This document shows positions 16,889 through 28,927 of a stretch of DNA of 64,000 nucleotides, piece after piece. The position numbers and the translations under genes were made by a program. Below the pieces are notes generated by a model that had not been told where the DNA came from, ran no database searches, and worked only from the letters and a program-made list of their open reading frames with translations. The number at the start of each line of letters is the position of its first letter. Within the stretch, counting starts at the first letter, position 1. This DNA is from an uncultured Candidatus Binatia bacterium (GTDB taxonomy: Bacteria; Desulfobacterota; Binatia; UBA9968; JAJDTQ01), in the NCBI GenBank assembly GCA_964291295.2, contig OZ219754.1, positions 2,903,319 through 2,967,318 of the forward strand, given 5' to 3'.

Positions 16889-18042
16889 TTCCCCTCCAGC
16901 GGCCGCAGCGGGCGGTCTCCCATCGTCCACGCCGCATCGGCGTAGTGCGTGATGCCGCGGAGCAGCCCCTCGGCGATGGCCCCCTGGAAGTCCGCGCGTT
17001 GCAGTGCCCGCGCCTCGCGGCGGTTGCTGACGAAGAACAACTCCGCCAGCGCCGCCGGCATTCGCGCCCCCATCAGCACATGGAACAGACCCTGCTTCGC
17101 TCCCAGGCTCCTGGCGCGCGGATACTGCGTCCGGGTCTTCCGCACCAGCGAGGACTGCAGGTCGCAAGCCAGTTTCCTGGAATGGTCAAGGTACGCTTTC
17201 AGCTTGAGGTCGCTCAGCGTGATCTGCAGATCCATATCCTGGTCCGTCAGATGCCGGCGCGCGGTTCCGTTCTCCCGCGCGGCCAGCTTCTCGGCGGTTT
17301 CGTTCGTGGGTTTGCCCAGGTAGTATGTCTCCAGCCCGCCGGTGCGCCGATTGTGGCTGGCATTGGCGTGGATGGAAAGGAACAGGTCGGCCTTCTCGGC
17401 GTTGGCCATGGCCGTGCGTGCCCTGAGCGGAATGAAGACATCCGCGTTTCGGGTAAGCAGCACATCCACCCCCATCCGGCGGCGGAGCTTCGGCGCCAGC
17501 TTCCTGGCCACCTCCAGCACCACATCCTTTTCCTTGAGGCCGCCCGCACCGACGGCGCCGGGATCCTTGCCGCCGTGTCCCGGGTCCAGCACGACCCTGC
17601 GAACCGCCAGTTCGCCGTTGATCTTCACCCCGCTCCGGGGCACCACGTCCACCATCACCCGGTGGGGATTCGACAACCGCACCGCTTCGTGGCTGCCGGG
17701 GCGCTTGAGGTCGAGGGTGGCGCGCGCGACATCGGCCTTGAACTGGCCCAGCCGGACCCGGCGCACCAGAGGCCCCCCGACGTTGACGCTGCGCCGCCGG
17801 GTGCCCAGGCGGACCCCCTTGAAATCCAGATAGATGCGCGGCGGCAGCCCCTTCGCCGGAACCGCATCCAGGACATGACTCGTGAGTTTCACCCGGCCGG
17901 TCAGATCGAGAATCACCCGCGTATAGTTGGATGCGGGAAGAGACCGCACCCCGGTGAGGCGCACCGCGGGCGCCGCGGCCTGGACCTCCAACGCCGCGCC
18001 CGCGGCCCACGATGCAAGCAGCGCTGCCAGCAGAGGCGCCAA
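16870..18042 (-). CDS. N-acetylmuramoyl-L-alanine amidase with N-terminal AMIN domain (AmiC-like)
   Basis: Signal peptide MAPLLAALLASWAAGAALEVQA, AMIN-like VRLTGVRSLPASNYTRVILDL, amidase_3 core VVLDPGHGGKDPGA...LFLSIHANAS. Confidence 0.85.
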   Translation of the reverse strand: MAPLLAALLASWAAGAALEVQAAAPAVRLTGVRSLPASNYTRVILDLTGRVKLTSHVLDAVPAKGLPPRIYLDFKGVRLGTRRRSVNVGGPLVRRVRLGQFKADVARATLDLKRPGSHEAVRLSNPHRVMVDVVPRSGVKINGELAVRRVVLDPGHGGKDPGAVGAGGLKEKDVVLEVARKLAPKLRRRMGVDVLLTRNADVFIPLRARTAMANAEKADLFLSIHANASHNRRTGGLETYYLGKPTNETAEKLAARENGTARRHLTDQDMDLQITLSDLKLKAYLDHSRKLACDLQSSLVRKTRTQYPRARSLGAKQGLFHVLMGARMPAALAELFFVSNRREARALQRADFQGAIAEGLLRGITHYADAAWTMGDRPLRPLEGKCKEPR

Positions 18043-20640
<2,598 letters not shown>

Positions 20641-20705
20641 GTCATGCCTTGAGCGAGCATGGGATGCGGCGCCGGACGTCCGAGGCGGTTCGCCTGCGGT
20701 GTACG

Positions 20706-22298
20706 CTACACCTTGCGCCGCTGGCCCAGCAGATAGTCCACAAGCAGGTACTGTCCCAGACGGTCGGGTCGGGTATAGAAGGCACGCCCCTTGTTGAGGC
20801 GGGTCATCTCGTCCACGAAACCCTTCAGCACCGGACTGTCGTCCAGCATGAAGGTGTTGATGGTGATGCCCCGCCGGGTGACCCGTTTCGCCTCCTTGAG
20901 GGTCTCCTCGGCCGCGCGCTGACTGATGCCGCCGAAGCTCAGCGGCCATTCGCAATAGAGCCGCCCCTGACGGCAGTAGGCCGTGGGCTGGCCGTCGGTG
21001 ATGACGATGATCTGCTGATTGCGGGTCGAGTTCCGTTTCTTCAACAGGTCGATGGCGAGGTGGAGTCCATCCTGGAGGTTCGTGAAGGGGTCTCCCATGT
21101 TCCACGTCGCTTCCGGCAGATCCTTCGCCTTCAGTTCCACCGCCCGGGTGAAGAAACCGACGATGCCGAAATAGTCCTGGGGATACCTGGAGCGGCACAG
21201 GGACTCCATGGCCAGAGCCACCTTCTTGGCCGCGGCGAACCGGCCGTCCCAGCTCATGGACCAGCTCATGTCCAGCAGCAGAACCGTGGCGGCGCGGGTC
21301 GAGTACTGAGAGTCGAAGACCCTGAAGTCGCCCGGGTCGAGGCTCAACGGCAGCTTCGCCTCGCGCCGCAAGGCGGCTCGCATCGTCTCGTTGAGATTCA
21401 GATTGAGGGAATCGCCGGACATGTAGGGCCTGCTCGACTCGGGCACGACCTCCCGGGAGCCGGGCCGGTCCATCTGATGCCGGCCGGCGGCGTCGCGGCC
21501 GAGCTGCCGGTAGATGTCCCGCAGTGCGATCTGACCGATCCGCCGGACGCCCCGCGGCGTCAACTCGAAGTGGTCGCCCTTGTCGGCGACATAACCGCCG
21601 TCCTCAAGGGACGACTCCAGCCGCAGGATCCCCTCGTAGTCCTCCCGCGCCTGCGCCCCCAGCAGGCTGTTCAGGAGGTCCATGTTCACATCCCTGAGCT
21701 GACCGCCGGAAAGCTGACCCTCCAGACTCTGCAGCCTCTCCATCCGCTCCTGGAGTTCCGAGGCCTCCTCGAAGTTCAACGATTCCTGACCCCTGAACAG
21801 GTTTCCCTCACGTCGAACATAGTTTTCGAGCCGGCGAATCCTGTCCAGCTGGGAGAGTATCTCCTCGAAATCCCTCTTTGCCTCCGGGTTCTCGAAATCG
21901 TAACCCGCCAACCGCTCGATGGCCTCGCTCAGACGGGGTGGAAGGTGCTGGAGGAACTCGTCCTTCTTCTCCGCCTGCACCCGGTCCGGGTGTTGCTGCA
22001 AGGTCTTGCGCTCGCTGGCGACCAGCTCCTGAAGCTTCTGCTGGACCTCGTCGAGTGCCGAGCGGATCTGGTACTGCTCGTAAATCCGCCGCTTTTCCCG
22101 GGCCACCTGCGACAGCAGGTCTTCGAGCCCGGCGATGCGCTCTTCGTCCTCTCCCATGCCGCGCTGCATCAGGCGGCGCATGGATTGTTGCAGATCCCCC
22201 GTCTCGTCAAGGTGTTCGTTCAATTGGTCGAACACCTCGTCCGGGCGCATGGACCTGTCCTGGATTCCGTTCCAGCGGCTGTAGCGAGCTTGGGTCAT
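20706..22298 (-). CDS. von Willebrand factor type A domain protein (COG4867-like), partner of the upstream AAA+ ATPase
   Basis: C-terminal VWA with MIDAS-like LLLDMSWSMS...ITDGQPT. The long helical N-terminal region is rich in E/R/L. Confidence 0.8.
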   Translation of the reverse strand: MTQARYSRWNGIQDRSMRPDEVFDQLNEHLDETGDLQQSMRRLMQRGMGEDEERIAGLEDLLSQVAREKRRIYEQYQIRSALDEVQQKLQELVASERKTLQQHPDRVQAEKKDEFLQHLPPRLSEAIERLAGYDFENPEAKRDFEEILSQLDRIRRLENYVRREGNLFRGQESLNFEEASELQERMERLQSLEGQLSGGQLRDVNMDLLNSLLGAQAREDYEGILRLESSLEDGGYVADKGDHFELTPRGVRRIGQIALRDIYRQLGRDAAGRHQMDRPGSREVVPESSRPYMSGDSLNLNLNETMRAALRREAKLPLSLDPGDFRVFDSQYSTRAATVLLLDMSWSMSWDGRFAAAKKVALAMESLCRSRYPQDYFGIVGFFTRAVELKAKDLPEATWNMGDPFTNLQDGLHLAIDLLKKRNSTRNQQIIVITDGQPTAYCRQGRLYCEWPLSFGGISQRAAEETLKEAKRVTRRGITINTFMLDDSPVLKGFVDEMTRLNKGRAFYTRPDRLGQYLLVDYLLGQRRKV

Positions 22299-22382
22299 GA
22301 CCCGTGAAACGCGGTCGCCCGCTCCGGTGCGTACTTGGGCCCGAGCCGGCCCGAGAGCCCCCTCAAATGGCTTTCGGGGGGA

Positions 22383-23840
22383 TCACTTTCCGTAAGTGAT
22401 TCGGCCACCTGTGGCTTCCTTGTTGAGCTTCTGGTGGAGATGCAGGCCTTCCAGCACCAACTCGGTGGCGGAGGCCAGGAAGCCGGGTGAATCCACGTCG
22501 CCCAGGGAACGGACGGCTTCCTGCAGACCCGGTATCTCCTTGATTCCCTCAAGGTAGTCCTCCGAGCGCATCTCATCGGAAACCTCCACGCCCCAGCCCG
22601 CATTGAAATACTCCACGACGCTCTGGAGCGCGTTGACGTCGATGCGGGTGTCGAAGGTCTTGAGTATCGCGCGGTTCAACAGCCGCTCGATCAGTTCTTC
22701 CTCGTTCTTGTCCTCACCCACGTATTCCACCTCGATCTTTCCGCAGGTGGAGGGAAGCACCGCGTGGAGATCGCTCACCCGCGGCACGATGTCGGTCTCG
22801 CCCAACCGCAACGCCCGCTTCTCGGCGTTGCTGATCATGCTCTCGTAGTTGTTGATGCTGACCCGCACGCTGACGCCGGACGACTGGTTTATCTCGCTCG
22901 AGTTGCGTGCCTCGAAAGTCAGTTGGCCAAGGACCTCCTTCATGAACTCCGGAATCGTCACCGCGTGGCTGCGGTGGTCCAGCGACGCCGACTCCTGCTC
23001 CATGATATCGATCTCGTGCTCCACCTCGCGGGGATAGTGGGTCCTGATCTGCACGTCGAAGCGGTCCTTCAAGGGAGTGATGATACGGCCGCGGCTGGTG
23101 TAGTCCTCGGGGTTCGCGCTGGCCACGATGACCACATCAAGGGGAAGACGGACCTTGTACCCCTTGATCTGGACATCCTTCTCCTCCATCAGATTGAAAA
23201 GCCCGACCTGCACCTTTTCCGTCAGGTCCGGCAGCTCGTTGACGGCGAACACACCCCGGTTGGTGCGGGGAATCAGACCGTAGTGGATGGTCTCCTCGTC
23301 GGCCAGATAACGCCCCTCCGCCACCTTGATGGGATCGATCTCGCCAATGAGATCCGCTATGGAGACGTCCGGGGTCGCCAGCTTTTCGCCGTATCGTTGC
23401 TCCCGGCCGATCCACTCCACCTCCAGGTCGTCGCCTTTCTCGACCAGACGACGCCGGCACGGAGCGCAGATCACGCGGAACGGATCGCAGTTGACCTCGC
23501 AATCCTTCACCCTGGGAATCTTCTCGTCCAACAACATCGTGAGCCCGCGGATGATGCGCGACTTGGCCTGGCCCCGCTCCCCCAGAAAGACCATGTGGTG
23601 ACCCGACAGGATCGCGTTCTCGATCTCCGGAATCACCGTCTCGTCGTAACCCACGATGCCCGGCAGGATCCGTTCCCCGGACTTCAGAAGAGCCGTGAGA
23701 TTGTTGCGCATCTCGTCGCGCACGGAGCGCACGACGATTCCGCTGCTTCGCAGTTCGCCCAGGGTGTTGATGGACTCCACGCCTATACCTCCCGCCAAGC
23801 CCTTTGATCCCATGGCTGTCCTGCCCGGAGCCTCACCCAT
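22383..23840 (-). CDS. AAA+ ATPase, Mg-chelatase subunit I (ChlI/BchI)-like
   Basis: IVGYDETVIPEIENAILSGHHMVFLGERGQAKSRI (Walker A variant), GVFAVNELPDL (Walker B), VIVASANPEDYTSRGRIITPLKDRF. ATG 23813 is an alternative start. Confidence 0.8.
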   Translation of the reverse strand: MGEAPGRTAMGSKGLAGGIGVESINTLGELRSSGIVVRSVRDEMRNNLTALLKSGERILPGIVGYDETVIPEIENAILSGHHMVFLGERGQAKSRIIRGLTMLLDEKIPRVKDCEVNCDPFRVICAPCRRRLVEKGDDLEVEWIGREQRYGEKLATPDVSIADLIGEIDPIKVAEGRYLADEETIHYGLIPRTNRGVFAVNELPDLTEKVQVGLFNLMEEKDVQIKGYKVRLPLDVVIVASANPEDYTSRGRIITPLKDRFDVQIRTHYPREVEHEIDIMEQESASLDHRSHAVTIPEFMKEVLGQLTFEARNSSEINQSSGVSVRVSINNYESMISNAEKRALRLGETDIVPRVSDLHAVLPSTCGKIEVEYVGEDKNEEELIERLLNRAILKTFDTRIDVNALQSVVEYFNAGWGVEVSDEMRSEDYLEGIKEIPGLQEAVRSLGDVDSPGFLASATELVLEGLHLHQKLNKEATGGRITYGK

Positions 23841-24132
23841 CCTCGGCGGCCAGGCCCTGGTTGACCCGCAGGCGAAGCTCCTTGCCGACCTTGAAAAAAG
23901 GAACTCTCTTGGAGGACACGGACACGGTCTCGCCGGTCTTGGGGTTGCGGCCGTCCCGCGCCCGCCGGTGCTTGACCACGAAACTGCCGAAACCCCGGAT
24001 CTCGATACGCTCCTCCCGCTGCAGGGCGGCGACCAGGGAATCGAAGACGGTGTGGATGATCACCTCCGCATCAAGACGCGACAGGTGGGGAAACCGGTCG
24101 TTGATTTCTTCGATCAGGTCTCGCTTTGTCAT
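23833..24132 (-). CDS. ihfB: Integration host factor beta subunit (HU/IHF family)
   Basis: MTKRDLIEEI...RIEIRGFGSFVVKHRRARDGRNPKTGETVSVSSKRVPFFKVGKELR. Position after rpsA matches many Proteobacteria. Confidence 0.85.
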   Translation of the reverse strand: MTKRDLIEEINDRFPHLSRLDAEVIIHTVFDSLVAALQREERIEIRGFGSFVVKHRRARDGRNPKTGETVSVSSKRVPFFKVGKELRLRVNQGLAAEDG

Positions 24133-24164
24133 GCAGTTCCCCGACACGCCGGGTCCGCGGCAAC

Positions 24165-26048
24165 CTAGGCCTTGTCCTTCTCGCGGTCCTGCGTGTCGGT
24201 CTCCGGGCGCGCTTCCCGGTCCAGCTTCAGTTCCTCATTCAGGATGGTCTCGAAAGAGAACCGGCCGGCCTCCTTTTCCCGCTCCAGATAGGTCTCCAGC
24301 TCCTCCCGTTCCTCCGACTTCTTGAGTGCCCGTATGCTGAGCCCGATCTTGTGTTCCTGAAGGTCGATGTTGACCACTTCGGCCTCCACCATGTCGCCCA
24401 CCTGGTAGAGGCTCGATGGCTTGTCCACGTGCTCGGTGCTGAGTTGCGAGACATGGATCAGCCCTTCCACACCCTCGGCCACGCGTACGAACAATCCGAA
24501 GTCGAGAACCCGGACGACCGGGCCGGTGACCCGGGAACCGGGCGGGTGTTCCTTGACCACGCGCTCCCAGGGGTCCAGGGTCAGCTGCTTCACTCCCAGC
24601 GAGAACCGCTCCACCTGCGGGTCGACGCCCAGCACCTTGGCCTCGACGACATCCCCCTTCTTGTAGAGTTCGGAGGGGTGCTTGATCTTCCTGGTCCAGT
24701 CCAGATCGGAAATGTGCACCAGCCCGTCGATGCCCTCTTCGATTCCGACGAAGACCCCGAAGTCCGTGATGTTCCGCACCGGACCCTTGACGACGCTGCC
24801 CTCGGGATACTTCTCCTTCGCCAGGAACCATGGGTTCGGCAGCACCTGCCTCAGGCCCAGCGAGATGCGCCGGCGCCCCGGGTCCACGTTCAGGACCATG
24901 GCCTCCACGGTCTCTCCCACCTGGACCACCTTGGAGGGATGCGAGAGCTTCTTTGCCCAGGACATCTCCGACACGTGGATCAATCCCTCCACCCCCTTCT
25001 CCAGCTCCACGAACGCGCCATAGTCGGTCAGCCCCACCACCTTGCCCGTGATCTTCGAATCGACCGGATACCGTTCCGACACCGACTCCCAGGGATCCGG
25101 CGTGATCTGCTTCATTCCCAGGGAGATGCGCTCCCTGTCCTTGTCGAACTTGAGTACCACCACACGGAGAGTCTCACCCAGACTCAACATGTCGCTCGGA
25201 TGGTTGACGCGGCCCCACGACATGTCGGTGATGTGCAGGATGCCGTCGATGCCGCCGACGTCCACGAACGCCCCGTAATCGGTGATGTTCTTGACCACCC
25301 CCTCGAGAATGACCCCCTCTTCGAGAACCGCGAGGGTTTCCTTCTTGAGCACCTCCCGCTCCTTCTCGAGCAGCACCTTGCGCGACACCACCACGTTGTC
25401 GCGCATCCGGTTGTACTTGAGAATCGTGAAGCGGTCCCGCTTGCCCACGAACTGGTCGAGATTTCGGGTGGGCCGAATGTCCACATGGGAGCCGGGAAGA
25501 AAACCGTCGACTCCGACGTCCACCTTGAAGCCGCCCTTGACCCGGGCGACGATGGTCCCCTCAATGGGCGTCATCTGCTCGTGCGCCTTCTCGATCCCGT
25601 CCCACACCTTGATGCTCTCGGCCTTCTGGCGCGACAGCACGATCTCGCCCCGATCCCCTTCGGGCGATTCGAAGAAGACGTCCACATCGTCGCCGAGCCC
25701 CACCCGGAGCTTTCCTTCGCGATCCTGGAACTCCTGAACCGGAATGCGGCCCTCGGTCTTGTAGCCCACGTCCACGACCACGTGGGTCGGGTTGATGTCA
25801 ACGACCTTGCCGTTGACCACCCCCCCCGGCTTCACCGTCTGCAGACTCTTCTCGAACAGGGACTCGAAATCGTCCTCGGCAACCGGATCCTGCTGGTCCC
25901 GCGGAGGCTCCCGGACCTCGGCGGTTTCCCGGACCTCAGCGGTTTCGTGGACCTCAGCGGTTTCGTGGACCTCGGCGGTCTCCCGAGCCTCCTGAGTCGC
26001 CTGGACCTGCGCCGTCTCCCCGCTCTTGTTTCCCTCGCCTTCCGTCAT
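24165..26048 (-). CDS. rpsA: 30S ribosomal protein S1 (six S1 domains) with acidic repeat-containing N-terminal extension
   Basis: 627 aa. Repeated S1 motifs (G.V.....GAFV..G..GL.H.S). N-terminus MTEGEGNKSGETAQVQATQEARETAEVHETAEVHETAEVRETAEVREPP. Confidence 0.95.
   Translation of the reverse strand: MTEGEGNKSGETAQVQATQEARETAEVHETAEVHETAEVRETAEVREPPRDQQDPVAEDDFESLFEKSLQTVKPGGVVNGKVVDINPTHVVVDVGYKTEGRIPVQEFQDREGKLRVGLGDDVDVFFESPEGDRGEIVLSRQKAESIKVWDGIEKAHEQMTPIEGTIVARVKGGFKVDVGVDGFLPGSHVDIRPTRNLDQFVGKRDRFTILKYNRMRDNVVVSRKVLLEKEREVLKKETLAVLEEGVILEGVVKNITDYGAFVDVGGIDGILHITDMSWGRVNHPSDMLSLGETLRVVVLKFDKDRERISLGMKQITPDPWESVSERYPVDSKITGKVVGLTDYGAFVELEKGVEGLIHVSEMSWAKKLSHPSKVVQVGETVEAMVLNVDPGRRRISLGLRQVLPNPWFLAKEKYPEGSVVKGPVRNITDFGVFVGIEEGIDGLVHISDLDWTRKIKHPSELYKKGDVVEAKVLGVDPQVERFSLGVKQLTLDPWERVVKEHPPGSRVTGPVVRVLDFGLFVRVAEGVEGLIHVSQLSTEHVDKPSSLYQVGDMVEAEVVNIDLQEHKIGLSIRALKKSEEREELETYLEREKEAGRFSFETILNEELKLDREARPETDTQDREKDKA
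25913..25984. repeat. 4 x 18-bp in-frame tandem repeat inside the rpsA 5' end
   Basis: ggacctcggcggtttccc / ggacctcagcggtttcgt / ggacctcagcggtttcgt / ggacctcggcggtctccc. Encodes (ETAEV[HR])x4. Confidence 0.95.
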
Positions 26049-26066
26049 GAAACAGTTCTCCCATTC

Positions 26067-26732
26067 TCATTGGATTTCCTCATTGGATTTCGCGTTCACT
26101 TGATCCAGTATCTTCTCGACCACGGTCGCCGCCGACAGCCGGGTGGAGTCGATGAGCACCGCATCCTCCGCCTTGCGCAAGGGCGCCAAGGAGCGCTCCC
26201 GATCCCGCCGGTCCCTGCGCATGACGTCGGCCAGCGTCTGCTCCAGCGTCAGCCCCGGATCCTTTCCGGCCATCTCCCTGAAACGCCTGCGGGCGCGCGT
26301 TTCCGGTGAGGCGTCCAGGTAGACTTTCACCTCGGCGTCGGGGAATATCACGGTACCCATGTCGCGACCCTCGGCGACCACGCAGCCGCTGCGGCCCATG
26401 GAACGCTGCAAGTCGGCCATCCGCCGCCTGACGATGCCCATGCCCGAGACCCGGGACGCCATCTGCCCGACCTCGGGCGTACGGATCGCGCCGCTCACGT
26501 CCGTACCGTCCAGCAGCACCGCTTCGCCGGCGCCAAGGTCCACGTCGGTACTTTCCAGAATCCCTTCCAGATCGTTCTCGTCGTCCGGGTCCGCTCCGCG
26601 GCACAGGACTTTCCATGCCAGTGCGCGGTACATGGCCCCGGTATCGATATAACGATATCCGAGACGCTCCGCCACGGCCCTGGCTACCGTACTCTTGCCG
26701 GCGCCGGCCGGACCGTCGATGGCCACGATCAA
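26067..26732 (-). CDS. cmk: Cytidylate kinase
   Basis: MIVAIDGPAGAGKSTVARAVAERLGYRYIDTGAMYRA. Confidence 0.95.
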   Translation of the reverse strand: MIVAIDGPAGAGKSTVARAVAERLGYRYIDTGAMYRALAWKVLCRGADPDDENDLEGILESTDVDLGAGEAVLLDGTDVSGAIRTPEVGQMASRVSGMGIVRRRMADLQRSMGRSGCVVAEGRDMGTVIFPDAEVKVYLDASPETRARRRFREMAGKDPGLTLEQTLADVMRRDRRDRERSLAPLRKAEDAVLIDSTRLSAATVVEKILDQVNAKSNEEIQ

Positions 26733-26743
26733 CTATCCTATCC

Positions 26744-28069
26744 TCACTTGGCATGAGGCACAACCGATGCCCCCTGCCCGGCGGTCCGCCAATTCCTTGT
26801 CTTCTCGAGACTTTCAAAAAAACCGGGGAACGATACCCGGACGCACGCTTCGTTCGACAGCGAGACCCCGCCCCGGGCCGACAGGCCGGCGACCGCCAGC
26901 GCCATGGCCACGCGGTGGTCGCCGTGGCTCTCCACCGACGCGCCGCGGAGCTCTCCGGCACCCTCCACCCGCACATCATCGCCCCGGACGTCCATTCTCA
27001 CGCCCATCTTCGAAAGCTCGCGGCTCATGGCGGCGATGCGGTCCGACTCCTTGAAGCGGAGCTCTCCGACGCCGCGAAACAGCGTGGTCCCCCGGGCCAG
27101 CGCCGCGGCCACGAACAGCACCGGATACTCGTCTATGGTGCGGGGCACGAAATCGGACCGGACCTCGATCCCCTCCAGTACGCCGCCTCTCACGCGCAAG
27201 TCGGCCACCGTCTCGCCGGCCTCTTCCCGGGTGCGGGTCACCTCGACGGCCGCGCCCATGGCTCGAAGCACATCGATGACGCCGCTGCGTGTCGGATTGC
27301 AGCCGACTCCCAGGATGGAGACGTCCGACCCCGGTACGGTGGCCGCGGCCACGGCGAGAAACGCCGCCGACGACAGGTCTCCCGGGACCCTGAGCCGTGT
27401 CCCCGAAAGCTCCTGCCCGCCCTTGACCCGCACCGCCCGGCCATCGCTCTCCACCCGGGCGCCGAAACCCCGAGCCATGATCTCGGTGTGGTCCCGGGAC
27501 CGGCCAGGCTCCTCGAAGCGCGTCTCGCCCCGGGCCTGCAAACCCGCCAGCAGCACCGCCGACTTGACCTGGGCGCTGGCCACCGAAGCGGCATAGTCGA
27601 TGCCGTGGAGCCGCTGGCCATGAATCTTCAGCGGCGCGCGACCGTCCTGCCCGGTCACCCGGCCGCCCATGCGCGCCAGCGGCTCGATCACGCGCTCCAT
27701 GGGACGGGTGCGAAGCGAGCCGTCGCCATCCAGCGTGACCTCGAAGGGGCGCCCCGCCAGGAGTCCCGCCAGCAAACGCATGGTGGTTCCGGAATTGCCG
27801 CAGTCGAGGATGCCCGGCGGCGGCCGCAATCCGTCCCAGCCGTTGCCGGTGATGCACAAGGTGTCGCCCTCGCGCCGAAACTCGACACCCATGCGCCGGA
27901 AGGCCGCCACCGTGCGGGAGTTGTCGGCCCCGCCGGACAGGTTGGCGATGCGCGTCTCGCCCCGGGCCACGGCCCCCATGATGACGGCGCGATGGCCGAT
28001 GGACTTGTCCCCCGGCACCTCAAGCTCCCCCTTGAGGGGATGCGAAGTCTGTTCCACCCGCACCGTCAT
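26744..28069 (-). CDS. aroA: 3-phosphoshikimate 1-carboxyvinyltransferase (EPSP synthase)
   Basis: VPGDKSIGHRAVIMGA..., 441 aa, between tyrA and cmk. Confidence 0.95.
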   Translation of the reverse strand: MTVRVEQTSHPLKGELEVPGDKSIGHRAVIMGAVARGETRIANLSGGADNSRTVAAFRRMGVEFRREGDTLCITGNGWDGLRPPPGILDCGNSGTTMRLLAGLLAGRPFEVTLDGDGSLRTRPMERVIEPLARMGGRVTGQDGRAPLKIHGQRLHGIDYAASVASAQVKSAVLLAGLQARGETRFEEPGRSRDHTEIMARGFGARVESDGRAVRVKGGQELSGTRLRVPGDLSSAAFLAVAAATVPGSDVSILGVGCNPTRSGVIDVLRAMGAAVEVTRTREEAGETVADLRVRGGVLEGIEVRSDFVPRTIDEYPVLFVAAALARGTTLFRGVGELRFKESDRIAAMSRELSKMGVRMDVRGDDVRVEGAGELRGASVESHGDHRVAMALAVAGLSARGGVSLSNEACVRVSFPGFFESLEKTRNWRTAGQGASVVPHAK

Positions 28070-28072
28070 GCG

Positions 28073-28927
28073 CTAGGCGATCCTTTTCCGGGTGGCCAGG
28101 GCGCGCTCGAACTCCCGTTCAAGCCGCGGCCCGTCGTTCCGGCGTATGCAGTCCATGAAGCGCTCGATTCCCCGGGCATGCTCCCGGAGCCCCTTGAGCA
28201 CCGCCTCGCGGTTGAGAAGACAGATGTCGCGCCACAGCTCCGGACGGCCGCCCGCGATGCGGGTGGTGTCCCGGAACCCCGCACCGCAGTACGCGGCCAG
28301 GTCCAGGGAATCCACCTTGCTGCGCTCCAGGGCGTTCACCAGCGCGGAGGCGGCCACGTGGGGCAGATGGCTCACCACGCCCAGAACCCGGTCGTGGAGC
28401 GCCGCGTCCATCAACTCGACCTTCGCTCCCACGCGCCGCCAGAAAGTCCGCAGCCTCTTGACGGCGGCGGGGTCGCTCCTGGCGGTCGGGGTGATGATGC
28501 AACGGCGGCGGGCGAACAGGTCCGCCCGGGCCGCATCCGGCCCCCATTGATCGCTGCCCGCAATGGGGTGGGCTCCGACGAAGGCCGGGCCCCCCTTCAG
28601 CAGTCGCTCCATGTCCGCCACGACTCGGCGTTTCACGCTGCCCACGTCGCTGACCAGGCACCTCCGATCAAGGCGCGGCCGAAACGACCGGGTCAGCGGC
28701 GCGATGGCGTTCACCGGCGTCGCCAGCACGAGAAGGTCCGTCTCCTCGGGAAAAGCCTGCGGGTCCAGGAAATAACGATCCAGGATGCCGATCTTCCTTG
28801 CCCGCCGCAGCGTCTTCCCGTTGCGCCCGTATCCCACCACCTGCTCCACCAACCCTCGTTCCCTGGCGGCCAATGCCAGGGAGCCGCCGATGAGCCCCAC
28901 CCCCGCGATCACCATGGTGCGAAACAT
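28073..28927 (-). CDS. tyrA: Prephenate/arogenate dehydrogenase
   Basis: Rossmann VIAGVGLIGGSLALAARERG. AHPIAGS motif (GAHPIAGSDQWG). Confidence 0.85.
   Translation of the reverse strand: MFRTMVIAGVGLIGGSLALAARERGLVEQVVGYGRNGKTLRRARKIGILDRYFLDPQAFPEETDLLVLATPVNAIAPLTRSFRPRLDRRCLVSDVGSVKRRVVADMERLLKGGPAFVGAHPIAGSDQWGPDAARADLFARRRCIITPTARSDPAAVKRLRTFWRRVGAKVELMDAALHDRVLGVVSHLPHVAASALVNALERSKVDSLDLAAYCGAGFRDTTRIAGGRPELWRDICLLNREAVLKGLREHARGIERFMDCIRRNDGPRLEREFERALATRKRIA

Noticed and set aside
25913-25984. Tandem repeats (also 59715..59756) as possible CRISPR or mini-array
   Set aside because: The units are contiguous with no spacers, only 15-18 bp long, in frame, and inside coding regions.
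24126-26309. 727-aa plus-strand ORF
   Set aside because: It is antisense to rpsA, whose six S1 domains are unmistakable.
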